Assembly: GCA_013152275.1 (NCBI GenBank)
Contig: JAADGS010000026.1
Span: forward strand, 1 to 64,000
Direction: 5' to 3'
Length of the DNA stretch: 64,000 nt
From: Actinomycetota bacterium
GTDB taxonomy: Bacteria; Actinomycetota; Acidimicrobiia; Spongiisociales; UBA4744
The position numbers and the translations under genes are program-made. Positions within the stretch are counted from its first letter, which is position 1. Each line of letters starts with the position of its first letter. The notes beneath the pieces are model-generated. The model was not told the origin of the DNA. It ran no database searches and worked only from the letters and a program-made list of their open reading frames with translations. Positions 9,297 to 18,401 of this stretch are shown here, in pieces.

Positions 9297-11231
9297 ATGA
9301 AACGCGAAATCATTTTCGCGGCAGTGCTCATGACGGCTCTGACACTGGCGGCGTGTACAACCGGGTCGACCTCCACGACTGTGGAGGCTCCGGTGACCAC
9401 ATCGACAGCGGCACCGACGCCATCCACTACCACCAGTACCACCACCACCGCTGCGCCTGCAGGGGTCACCCTACGGACCGACTGCGAGACCTGTCATACG
9501 GACGTCCACAAGACGTGGACCACGGGGTCGCATGCGGATACTCAGGGAGACGTCGCGACCGAACTTGGTGAGGAGCGTGCAGGTCAGACCCCCGACGATG
9601 TCATCCACGGTGACGATCCGGAGAACTGCATCGCATGCCACGCCCCGACCGCCGGGGCGACCATGAGTGGCGTTACAGCCCTTGACATGTTCTTCACGAC
9701 GACCGATGGTGTGTTCACTGCCGACACGACCATCAAGGATGCATCGGACTGGCCCGCCGTCGCATGCACGGCCTGCCACGAAGTGGCTGACGATCACCCC
9801 GCAGGGTCCATGCCCACGATCGCCGCATTCGACGCGACGACCGCCTCGTACACGGCCGTTGCCGGGATGAGCGAGCTATGCGGACAGTGTCATGGAACGC
9901 TCAGGTTTCCCGAAACCGACCACGTGACGTACGACGACTGGAAGGCCGGCGTGCATGCGGATACGCAGAGCGACGTCGCCGGTGAGTTGAGTGAGGAACG
10001 TGCAGGGGAGACTCCGGCGGATGTGATCGCCGGTGATGATCCGGAGAACTGCATCGCCTGTCACGGACCGTCGGCGGTTCTGACCAACGGTGGCATGACC
10101 GAACAGGATGCGTTGGCCTATTTCTTCACGACGGACAACGGCAAGTTCGGCGCAGCCACGACGAGCGCGCATTCCGAAGAGTGGCCTAGCGTCGGATGCG
10201 TATCCTGTCACAACCCGCACAACCCGCAGCAACCGGCGCTGTTGGATTCATCGACGGGGAAGTACGTCGCGATGTCGAGCAGCTCGCGGCTCTGTGGTCA
10301 GTGTCACGGGAGTCTCCGCTTCGACACAGATCATCTGACGTTCGACGCCTGGTCCTCGAGTTCGCACGCGGCGACACAAGCAGACGTGGCCGGCGAGCTG
10401 GCCGAGGAGCGTGCAGGGGAGACTCCGGCGGATGTGATCGCCGGTGATGATCCGGAGAACTGCATCGCCTGTCACGGACCTACGGCGATACTCGCCAACG
10501 GCGGGATGAGCGAGGCTGACGCACTCGCGTACTTCTTCACAACGGATGGTGGGAAGTTTGACGATGCGACAGCACCCGACCACGCGTCCGAATGGCCGAA
10601 TGTCAGCTGTTCGACCTGTCATGATCCCCATAACCCGACTCAGCGTTCGCTGTTCGACTCGTCGACCGGCGAGTACCTGGTCATGAAGGACGACTCGCAA
10701 CTGTGTGGGCAATGCCACGGGAACCTGCGGTTCCCCGACACGGACCATCTCAGCTACAACGTCTTGACCGGTACCGGCGGCATCGGCGTGCCGGACGGCC
10801 GCACGATGCCGGGAACGACCTGCACCAGCTGCCACATGTACGCGAGTGATGTGGATGGGAGCAACTCGTCGATGCAGCATGGGCACACATGGGCCATCGT
10901 CACTCCCGAGGCAAATGGTGAGATCACAGCCTCGTGTAACCAGTGTCATGCAGACTTCTCGAGCAGTGACATCGAGGCAAAGATCGCTGCGTGGCAGAAG
11001 TCCTTCAAGTCGCTCGACACGGTCGTGGCGGCGAAAGTGGCTGCCGCGAGTGACGCCATGGCCGATGTGGACAATGCCGACCTTCAGGCCAAGCTGGACG
11101 AATCAGAGAAGAACCTGGCACTCGCGGAAGGCGACGAGAGTGGCGGCTTCCACAACCACAAGTATCTGATGGCTTTGCTGAAGGATGCGGAAACAAAGGC
11201 GGAAGAGGTGCTGTCGACCCTCGGGAAGTAG
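9297..11231 (+). CDS. Dodecaheme c-type cytochrome lipoprotein
   Basis: Lipobox LAAC, Thr-rich linker and 12 CxxCH motifs. Three internal tri-heme repeats, then a helical C-terminus with DESGGFHN resembling the cytochrome c552/NrfA-type tail. No CxxCK. Confidence 0.93.
   Translation: MKREIIFAAVLMTALTLAACTTGSTSTTVEAPVTTSTAAPTPSTTTSTTTTAAPAGVTLRTDCETCHTDVHKTWTTGSHADTQGDVATELGEERAGQTPDDVIHGDDPENCIACHAPTAGATMSGVTALDMFFTTTDGVFTADTTIKDASDWPAVACTACHEVADDHPAGSMPTIAAFDATTASYTAVAGMSELCGQCHGTLRFPETDHVTYDDWKAGVHADTQSDVAGELSEERAGETPADVIAGDDPENCIACHGPSAVLTNGGMTEQDALAYFFTTDNGKFGAATTSAHSEEWPSVGCVSCHNPHNPQQPALLDSSTGKYVAMSSSSRLCGQCHGSLRFDTDHLTFDAWSSSSHAATQADVAGELAEERAGETPADVIAGDDPENCIACHGPTAILANGGMSEADALAYFFTTDGGKFDDATAPDHASEWPNVSCSTCHDPHNPTQRSLFDSSTGEYLVMKDDSQLCGQCHGNLRFPDTDHLSYNVLTGTGGIGVPDGRTMPGTTCTSCHMYASDVDGSNSSMQHGHTWAIVTPEANGEITASCNQCHADFSSSDIEAKIAAWQKSFKSLDTVVAAKVAAASDAMADVDNADLQAKLDESEKNLALAEGDESGGFHNHKYLMALLKDAETKAEEVLSTLGK
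9999..10480 (+). repeat. Identical 71-bp direct repeat inside the cytochrome gene (9999-10069 and 10410-10480)
   Basis: CGTGCAGGGGAGACTCCGGCGGATGTGATCGCCGGTGATGATCCGGAGAACTGCATCGCCTGTCACGGACC occurs twice, 411 bp apart. Confidence 0.9.
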
Positions 11232-11246
11232 CTGTTGCAGGCATGA

Positions 11247-11272
11247 TCGAGGGGCCCGATCGGGCCCCTCGA
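11247..11272. terminator. Perfect 26-bp palindrome between convergent genes
   Basis: TCGAGGGGCCCGATCGGGCCCCTCGA. No U-tract. Confidence 0.6.
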
Positions 11273-11294
11273 GGCGGCGTCGATTCGAGGGCGG

Positions 11295-11777
11295 TCAACC
11301 CTGGGAGATCAGGCCCGGGCGGATACGGCTGCGAATCTGTTCGCGTGCGTCGGCGAGGCGTTCGGCGAGCATGTGGGTGAATCGCGCCAGGAGGTGGAGC
11401 CCAACGGCCGGGTTCTCTTCGAAGGCCTCCCAGAGTTCCGCGACGGGCATGACGACGAATTCAGAGTCCTCCATACAGACCGCACTGAACGGATGCACGG
11501 CGTCGTCCGCGGTTGCCAACGCCGAAGCGCCGATCACCTGGCCCGGCCGGCTGACAACATTCATGAGGATGTCCTCGCCCCCGTGGATGGGGTGCTGTCG
11601 ATTCGCAACCATGCCGGTGACGAGCACGAGCAGGGTGTCGGAAGGTGCGCCTTCCTCGAATACCCGCTCACCGGTCTTGGCCGTGAGCAGGTTGGTGTGC
11701 GGTGCAAGCACGGCTATCGCTTCGTCGTCGAGCGAGCGGAAGAAGGGGAGGGTCTTGAGTTCGGCAGGATCGATCAT
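11295..11777 (-). CDS. Cyclic-nucleotide-binding domain protein (Crp-like, no HTH)
   Basis: LPFFRSL...VFEEGAPSDTLLVLVTG...GQVIG pattern of cNMP domains; 160 aa. Confidence 0.85.
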   Translation of the reverse strand: MIDPAELKTLPFFRSLDDEAIAVLAPHTNLLTAKTGERVFEEGAPSDTLLVLVTGMVANRQHPIHGGEDILMNVVSRPGQVIGASALATADDAVHPFSAVCMEDSEFVVMPVAELWEAFEENPAVGLHLLARFTHMLAERLADAREQIRSRIRPGLISQG

Positions 11778-11789
11778 GGTTTCTCCTCC

Positions 11790-13517
11790 TCAGAAAAGGC
11801 CTTGCACTTTGCCGGTCTCGGTGTCGATGTCGACGTTCTCGAACGCCGGTCTGGTGGGCAGCCCCGGCATGGTCCGCATCGTGCCGCACAATGGATACAA
11901 GAAGCCGGCCCCCACGCTGGCTCTGATATCGCGCACGGGAAGCCGGAAGTGCTTTGGTACGCCTTTGGCGTTGGGGTCGTGGCTCAGACTCAGATGCGTC
12001 TTGGCCATGCAGATCGGCAGGTTGTCGTAGCCGAGCTTGGTGTAGAGCTTGACCTTCTTCTCTGCCGCGTCCATGAAGTCGACACCATCGGCGCCATACA
12101 CGCGTGTGGCGATCAACTCGATCTTGTCACGGATCGGCATGTCGAGCGGGTAGAGGAATCTGAAGTCCTTGGGCTGCTTGGCTGCCTCGACTACCGCCGC
12201 GGCAAGATCTTCGGCGCCTGCACCGCCGCGAGCCCAGTGGTCGGTCATGACTGCATTCTCTGCGCCTGCCTCCACGGCGATCTTTCTCAGGATCTCGACC
12301 TCCCGCTCGGTGTCGGTGTCGAAGTGATTGATGGCCACGACCACCGGCACGCCGAAGCCGCGGGCGATCTTGATATGCGCGACCAGGTTGGCGGCGCCGG
12401 CTTCCAGTGCCGGAAGGTTCTCGGTGGTCAGTTCGGGGGGTAGAGGTCTCCCGGCAACGACCCTGCCCAGTCCGCCGTGCATCTTCAGTGCTCGGATCGT
12501 TGCCACGACCACGACCACATCGGGGGTCAGTCCACTGGCGCGCGACTTGATGTCCATGAACTTCTCCATCCCGATGTCGGAGCCGAATCCGGATTCGGTC
12601 ACGACGTAGTCGGCGAGCCGCAACGCCATCTGATCGGCCACGATGCTGGAGTTGCCGTGCGCGATGTTGGCGAACGGACCGGTGTGCACCAAGACCGGTG
12701 TGTGCTCGAGGGTCTGCATCAGCGTTGGCATCAGGGCGTCTTTCAGCAGTACCGCCATCGCTCCTGCAACCTTGAGGTCTTCTGCGGTGACCGGATGTCC
12801 ACCGGATGTGGTGCCGATCACAATGCGACCGAGTCGCTCGCGCAAGTCGGCAAGGCCGGTCGAGAGTGCAAGGATCGCCATGACCTCCGAAGCAACCGCG
12901 ATATCGAACGTCGACTCGCGGGGCGAGCCGTTGGCCTTGCCCCCGAGACCGATGACGACCTTGCGCAGCGCCCGGTCGTTGAGGTCCACGACACGGCCCC
13001 AAGAGACGGAGAAGGGGTTGAGGTCGAGCTGGTTTCCATGCGTGAGGTGGTTGTCGATCGCTGCAGCAAGCAGGTTATGGGCGATCGAGACGGCATGGAT
13101 GTCTCCGGTCAGATGCAGGTTGAAGTCCTCCATGGGGATCACCTGGCTGTAGCCGCCACCGGCGGCGCCGCCCTTGATGCCAAACGTCGGGCCCATGCTC
13201 GGCTGGCGCAGCGTCGTGAACACCGAATGGCCGAGGCGGCCCAGGCCTTGGCTGAGCCCGACGGCGGTGGTGGTCTTCCCCTCACCGAGCGGGGTAGGGG
13301 TGATGGCCGTGACGTCGATGTACTTGCCCAGCGGCAGGTCGGAGAACTTGCCCCGAACGTCGAGATGCACTTTCGCCTTGTATGTGCCGTACAGGTCGAG
13401 ATCGTCCGGGCCGAGTCCTACACCGGCGGCGATATCGAGGATCGGATCGAGAGGGGCTTCTTGAGCGATGTCGAGGTCAGACGGGACGGGGGTGCGAGGC
13501 TGGAGATAGGAACTCAA
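11790..13517 (-). CDS. fhs: Formate--tetrahydrofolate ligase
   Basis: TPTPLGEGKTT, GIKGGAAGGGY, HTGPFANIAHG, VATIRALKMHGG and TMPGLP motifs. Probable TTG start at 13517 after AGAGGAG. Confidence 0.97.
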   Translation of the reverse strand: MSSYLQPRTPVPSDLDIAQEAPLDPILDIAAGVGLGPDDLDLYGTYKAKVHLDVRGKFSDLPLGKYIDVTAITPTPLGEGKTTTAVGLSQGLGRLGHSVFTTLRQPSMGPTFGIKGGAAGGGYSQVIPMEDFNLHLTGDIHAVSIAHNLLAAAIDNHLTHGNQLDLNPFSVSWGRVVDLNDRALRKVVIGLGGKANGSPRESTFDIAVASEVMAILALSTGLADLRERLGRIVIGTTSGGHPVTAEDLKVAGAMAVLLKDALMPTLMQTLEHTPVLVHTGPFANIAHGNSSIVADQMALRLADYVVTESGFGSDIGMEKFMDIKSRASGLTPDVVVVVATIRALKMHGGLGRVVAGRPLPPELTTENLPALEAGAANLVAHIKIARGFGVPVVVAINHFDTDTEREVEILRKIAVEAGAENAVMTDHWARGGAGAEDLAAAVVEAAKQPKDFRFLYPLDMPIRDKIELIATRVYGADGVDFMDAAEKKVKLYTKLGYDNLPICMAKTHLSLSHDPNAKGVPKHFRLPVRDIRASVGAGFLYPLCGTMRTMPGLPTRPAFENVDIDTETGKVQGLF

Positions 13518-13769
13518 CGGATACTCCTCTGGAGGTCTGGTGATGAGTCTATCGAAACAGTGCTGCATCGAATCCATCGGTCGATTCGGCCCACCCTGGG
13601 ACTGGAGGTGGGCCTGGCGACGGATATCTGGGTGACGCTTGCCGATTCGCGCGAGGCTGCTACGTTCGAGCCGCTGCTCCCGCCCCGCGGTCTTGCACGG
13701 TGCCGTGTCGCGATACGAAGGACAAAGTACAAGACACGTGCCTACGCACCGGCATCACTCAACAGCGTC

Positions 13770-15407
13770 CTAATACCCCTCTTGCGGAGTGTGGCAGTCG
13801 GTGCAACGGATCTCTTTCCACTGGTTGCCGATATTCACCGGATGGCGAAACTCGAGACCGAGAAGGTTGTTCTCCAACTTCGACAGGTCGGTGGACGGGC
13901 CCTGGGCCACGATCGTGTGACATGTGTCACACGCGCCGTTGATCTTCTCGCCGGTATCGGAGACCTTGTTGGAGCCGTGGCATCGGAAGCAGCCCTCGTT
14001 GACGAAGTGGCTGAGGTTGTTCAGATGCGACCGGTAGTCGGTCTTCATCACGGGAAAGAAGTTGTTGTCATAGACACGAATCAGTGCCTCCGAGGCCGTT
14101 TCGATCTTCTCCCGGAGTTGATCGACACGCTCGGGATATGCTTGCTCGTAGTAGGAGAGCAACGTCGAACGGATCTTCTCGGCAGCCTCTTGCTGTGTGC
14201 TGTACGGACTGTTGAGAAGGTCCAGGCCGACCCGCCGGACGTAGGGCAGATCAGGAGAGATGGCCCCACGGGCGATCTCCTGGTTGATCGCCACCGCCGG
14301 CGGCAGGAAGAGGTGGCTGGGTCGGTTGTGGCAATCCATGCAATCGAACACCCTGAGTTTGGTCTTGGGGTCGTTGGGGTCGGGGTAGTCCGACACGGTG
14401 GGGTCTTTGTAGACGGTCACGGTGCCGTCGTCCCGGGTCACACGTATCCACGGGATCACCTGCCGTTTCTCGTCGGTGGCCAGATACTCGATCTTCTTGC
14501 CGATGAGCATGTGCCAGTGGATCCCTTCCTGGGAGCCGGTGCGTGTGTCGCTGCCACCGATATTCACCAGCAGACTGATCGTCCACGGCGAATTCTGCTC
14601 GTCGGTCTGGTAGTAGCGGCGTGTGACCAGTTTCCGGCCGTAGAACTGATTGGGCCAGTGGCATGTCTCGCAGGTTTGCTGGGCAGGGCGCAGGTTCTTG
14701 ACCGGCGTCGGGATCGGCCGGGGGTAGGAATTCGTCAGGGTGGCAACGACCTGGCGAATGCCATCCACCTTCGACCGCACCCAGAATGATGTTCCCGAAC
14801 CGATGTGGCATTCGACACAGGGGACTCGAGCGTGCGGCGAGTGTTCATAGGTGACGGCCTCGGGTTTCATCACCTTGTGACATGTCTGTCCGCAGAACTC
14901 GACCGAGTCTGTCGCCTCGTAGCCTTTGAAGCCGCTCCAGCCGACCACCAGCAGCACAAGGGCCCCGACACCGAGGAAGACCCAGAGGCTGCGCATATAC
15001 CGCGGGTTCGAAGGCTCGACACGGAGCGTGAACTGCACCTTTTCGCCGCGACGCCTCGCGTTCATCACCTGGCGCCGCACCGCAAGCAGGAAGATGATGG
15101 CGCCGAGGAGAACTACGGACGGCATCGCGACATAGGTCACGAGAGAGCGGTACGAATTCTGGCTGGCTGACGTCATGTCGATGGCTACGAGCACCAGGAA
15201 CATCAAGCCGCCTGCGACCATGATGGCGCCACCCACTCCCGCCAGTGGATGCCGGTACAGGCTTCGTGTCTCGATGGTCGGCTCGGTCTCGCTCGGAGGG
15301 TTGGCAGAGACAGGGCTCGAGCCGGCAGGTGGTTGCCCAGGTGGAGTGACGGAGGACTCGTCGGGTGTGCTGGCGTTGGGCTTGTCTGGGGGGTTCACTT
15401 CAGACAC
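13770..15407 (-). CDS. ImcH-like NapC/NirT-family inner-membrane heptaheme cytochrome c
   Basis: Three N-terminal TM helices, NapC/NirT-like FCGQTCH (CX3CH) and 6 CxxCH. Motifs KVDG.RQ, LRPA..TCETCHWP, GIHWH and DCMDCHNRPSH. GTG start after AGGGAGG. Confidence 0.85.
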   Translation of the reverse strand: MSEVNPPDKPNASTPDESSVTPPGQPPAGSSPVSANPPSETEPTIETRSLYRHPLAGVGGAIMVAGGLMFLVLVAIDMTSASQNSYRSLVTYVAMPSVVLLGAIIFLLAVRRQVMNARRRGEKVQFTLRVEPSNPRYMRSLWVFLGVGALVLLVVGWSGFKGYEATDSVEFCGQTCHKVMKPEAVTYEHSPHARVPCVECHIGSGTSFWVRSKVDGIRQVVATLTNSYPRPIPTPVKNLRPAQQTCETCHWPNQFYGRKLVTRRYYQTDEQNSPWTISLLVNIGGSDTRTGSQEGIHWHMLIGKKIEYLATDEKRQVIPWIRVTRDDGTVTVYKDPTVSDYPDPNDPKTKLRVFDCMDCHNRPSHLFLPPAVAINQEIARGAISPDLPYVRRVGLDLLNSPYSTQQEAAEKIRSTLLSYYEQAYPERVDQLREKIETASEALIRVYDNNFFPVMKTDYRSHLNNLSHFVNEGCFRCHGSNKVSDTGEKINGACDTCHTIVAQGPSTDLSKLENNLLGLEFRHPVNIGNQWKEIRCTDCHTPQEGY

Positions 15408-15514
15408 CGAGTTCCTCCCTGAAGTTGCATTGAGTGCCGGAGTGCCGGGATGGATGTGGTCGTCGATCCTGAATCATGGAGCCCTTCGGTCCGAAAAGCA
15501 ACCCGGCACGAACG

Positions 15515-16417
15515 TCAGGGCACCGTGCTACTCGGGGCGGTTTGTCCGGACTCCGCAGGTGGAGTGTACGGCACATAGATCTGGACAGGGCTGGCGGGAG
15601 GCGGAATCGTCTTGATCGCCACCTGTTCGTAGGTGAGGAACACAACGACAACGATGGCAAACGCAACGGTGAATGCGCCATAGGCGGTGAAGAACGCCTT
15701 TCGTCTCTTTCGCAGAACCTCAGGAGGCACGGGCGGTACCGGAGGAGCACCGGCCTTGATCTCGGCCAGCTGGGCCGGATGCTCCTCGAGCATCTCTTCT
15801 TCGGTCAGATATCCGTCGAACATGCTTCGGTTCAGGTGCCGTAGGTGGACGTGATAGGTGTGCCACACGAGGATTGCCAGAACCGCGAGGATGGCTTCAC
15901 CCCCGTGCACCGCTTTTGCGGCCGGAATGAACTCGCCGGGGAGGAGTCTGGTCGTGGAGATGGGGTTCCACATCATCAGGCCGGTGACCACCATGAGGAT
16001 CGTTCCCCAGATGATTGACCAGTACTCCATCTTTTCGTCGAATGTGAACTTGCCTTGGCGGGGAGGATCGGAGCGAAGACCGAGGCGGAAGGCCACGGTC
16101 TGCACTGCTGCACGAGCATCGTCGAGCCCTGGAAGCATCTCCCGCCCCATCCGAAGCACGAAGAATCGATACCCGGCCGTGCCGATGTGATACACGGTGG
16201 CGACGAGGACCATCGCGGCGAGCGAATGATGGATCAGTCGCGTGGTGTTGATCCCCCCGAGCGCACCAATGATCGCCTTCGAAAGCCATCCTTCCGCCCA
16301 CTTTTGCACAAGGCCGGTGATGGCGAGACCGGTGAAGACGAAGACCTGCACCCAGTGTTCGACACGGTCGGAGACCGAGAATCGAAGATAGCGGGGTTGG
16401 GATGTGACCTCAGGCAT
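15515..16417 (-). CDS. FdnI/HydC-type di-heme cytochrome b subunit
   Basis: RFSVSDRVEHW, LAITGL, IHH, GKFTFDEKMEYW, VHGGEAILA and WHTYHVH. Start overlaps the upstream stop (ATGCCTGA). Confidence 0.9.
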   Translation of the reverse strand: MPEVTSQPRYLRFSVSDRVEHWVQVFVFTGLAITGLVQKWAEGWLSKAIIGALGGINTTRLIHHSLAAMVLVATVYHIGTAGYRFFVLRMGREMLPGLDDARAAVQTVAFRLGLRSDPPRQGKFTFDEKMEYWSIIWGTILMVVTGLMMWNPISTTRLLPGEFIPAAKAVHGGEAILAVLAILVWHTYHVHLRHLNRSMFDGYLTEEEMLEEHPAQLAEIKAGAPPVPPVPPEVLRKRRKAFFTAYGAFTVAFAIVVVVFLTYEQVAIKTIPPPASPVQIYVPYTPPAESGQTAPSSTVP

Positions 16418-17546
16418 CTCGCACCTCACGTCGGGTTCTTCGCTTCTCCCTGTAACGGCCGAGCGCATCGATGATTACGTACAGCAGCATCCCTCCGATC
16501 ACGGTCGGGATCAGAATCCGGTAGAAGAGTCTCGCGTAGTAGACGATCGGCCACTCGTGGGGAGTCGCCGTATAGTGGCTCATCCACGCCGTCGGGAAGT
16601 TGGTGTCGGCATCGGGATGGCAACGCCGACAGGTGGTGAGCAGGTTCGCCTTGAACACGGTGCTCTCGGGGTCGCTTGGCGGCATGATGTCATGCACACC
16701 GTGGCAGGAGACACAAACCGGCTTGTTGGTCTCCTGGCCCGGCGCCAGGTCCTCGAAGAGGGTCACCGTCTTGCCGTGGAAGTCTGCGACATAGGTGCTG
16801 AACACGTCCGTGCGGATCCCGTACTTGTCCATCATCTCCTTGTTCGCGTGGCACTTCTTGCAGATGAGTGGGGAGAACAGCCGGAACGGAGAGTTGATGG
16901 GTCCTTCGATTTCGTGGATACCGTGGCAATCGGTGCACGTGGGGACATCGGGATTGCCATCGGTCAGTGCACTCCCGTGGACACTTTCTTCATAACGGTC
17001 ATAGATTTCCGCATGGCACTTCCGGCACGTCTTGGGGATGTCCACTCGGGCTATGGGCGGGTTGGTCACGTAGTGAGGGTCGTGGCAGTCGGAGCAGACT
17101 GCGGCCTGTTCGATCCCTTCCTCTCGCGCCTTGGCGTGGACGCTGTCCGTGGTCTTGGTTGCCTGCTCGAGGTGGCAGACGGTGCATGATTCAGATTCCC
17201 GGATCGCATACTGACGAAGGTCTTGGGCGGTTGGAGGATCGTGGGGAATGGATGTGATGCTCGTGTGGCACAGAATGCATTTCATGTTCCAATACGCATG
17301 GATCGAAGCCTGCCAGCGAGTCTTGTCGATGGTGGCGTCGAGATGTTCTCCAGAGGGCAGTTCGGTGGAGAGCCCAGAGTTGCCGTGGCAGCCGAGGCAC
17401 GTGGCGTTGTCCCATTGCGAGGTGTCATTGGTGAGGCCGACTTCGGGCGGGTTCTGTTCGGCACTCACGGACGTCGGACGGCCGACAGCGAACACGAACA
17501 GGATGGCGACGAAGCATGTCAGCCAGAGAATCCTTCGATATCCCAT
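16410..17546 (-). CDS. Nonaheme cytochrome c with signal peptide and C-terminal TM anchor (CbcL periplasmic-domain-like)
   Basis: 9 CxxCH with recurring 'SIH/SVH/DFH' distal His segments and a C-terminal hydrophobic helix. ATG 17546 after GGAGGG. Confidence 0.9.
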   Translation of the reverse strand: MGYRRILWLTCFVAILFVFAVGRPTSVSAEQNPPEVGLTNDTSQWDNATCLGCHGNSGLSTELPSGEHLDATIDKTRWQASIHAYWNMKCILCHTSITSIPHDPPTAQDLRQYAIRESESCTVCHLEQATKTTDSVHAKAREEGIEQAAVCSDCHDPHYVTNPPIARVDIPKTCRKCHAEIYDRYEESVHGSALTDGNPDVPTCTDCHGIHEIEGPINSPFRLFSPLICKKCHANKEMMDKYGIRTDVFSTYVADFHGKTVTLFEDLAPGQETNKPVCVSCHGVHDIMPPSDPESTVFKANLLTTCRRCHPDADTNFPTAWMSHYTATPHEWPIVYYARLFYRILIPTVIGGMLLYVIIDALGRYREKRRTRREVRDA

Positions 17547-17646
17547 CGTCCCTCCGTGCCGGTTCAACTCGCCCATCCGCGTCGATCCACTCGTCCACCC
17601 CTCCGCACCAACCCGTATCATGGTCCCATTCGAGTCGCGCATTCAA

Positions 17647-17682
17647 GGGCCGAAGGGCCCTGAACGTCGGGACGTTCGGCCG
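17647..17682. promoter_or_regulatory. Tandem DevR/DosR-like boxes
   Basis: GGGCC-GAAG-GGCCC (17647-17660) and GGGAC-GTTC-GGCCG (17669-17682), 22 bp apart. Confidence 0.55.
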
Positions 17683-18401
17683 GTCCAAGGACACATGTGA
17701 GGGCGAGGAGCCCTCTGCACCTCGTCCCGGTGGCCGTTGATCGGAAGGGCTGATGGCAGGCTACTCCGTATTGTGCGCGCGGCGCAGCACCCTGGGTATC
17801 GCGATCGGGTGAGCCGGCGACACGGGGCCGGACCGTTTCCTATGAGGAGTTCGGTTGCGCCGACGCCATTCTGCATCTGGAGGGCGAGACCGTTCTTCCT
17901 TCGCAGTCTCCCACGATGGTCTTGTCACGATCGGCGCCGAAGCCTGCGTTCGGGCTTGCTTCACCCGGACACCGCACGCAACCCATCTGGGGATGGTGAA
18001 GTCGTGCACGGGCGCGACGACACATCCTTGTGATTACACCGGGGACAGGACACCAGGTTGGCCCTGTCGCATGGGATGAACCGCCTGGCCGCCGGGAGGT
18101 TCGGTGCGGTCGAGTCGGTCAGGACCATCAGGGTTTGTCGGATCCGCGGTTGTGCCGAAGACCACCTTTCCATCGGTTCGTGCAGGGTCTCCGGTGGGTG
18201 TCCTGCGGCGAGACGAAGGCATGCGCGTGCACCGGGTCTACAATCGCCGACGTGTACGCCTGGCATCGGGTTTCCTGGGGGGATCTCTCCTCGCTGCGAC
18301 CGGGACTAGTCCCGGGTGTCGCGAGCAAAGGGCTTTTGGCCCTGGCGGACGCGGCCGCAGTCCGGATAGGCTTTGTCCCGTGAAGGGAATGGAGCCGAAA
18401 C

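Noticed and set aside
9297..11231. NrfA nitrite reductase call for the 12-heme protein
   Set aside because: No CxxCK motif, and the repeat architecture is unlike pentaheme NrfA; only the tail is similar.
13520..13765. ZTP or THF riboswitch upstream of fhs
   Set aside because: The GACUGGCG/CGCCUGGG (ZTP) and GCGUUAAGUG (THF) cores were not found; only a simple hairpin is visible. An Infernal scan would settle it.
12477..14789. 770-aa plus-strand ORF and other long antisense ORFs (44490-46097, 22283-23626, and the 58558-59748 extension of the TlpA ORF)
   Set aside because: Shadow frames of well-supported genes in GC-rich DNA; no motifs.
18320..18380. c-di-GMP-I riboswitch before the OmcS-like gene
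   Set aside because: GCAAA and GACGC fragments are present, but the GACGCAAAG core and stems do not fit.
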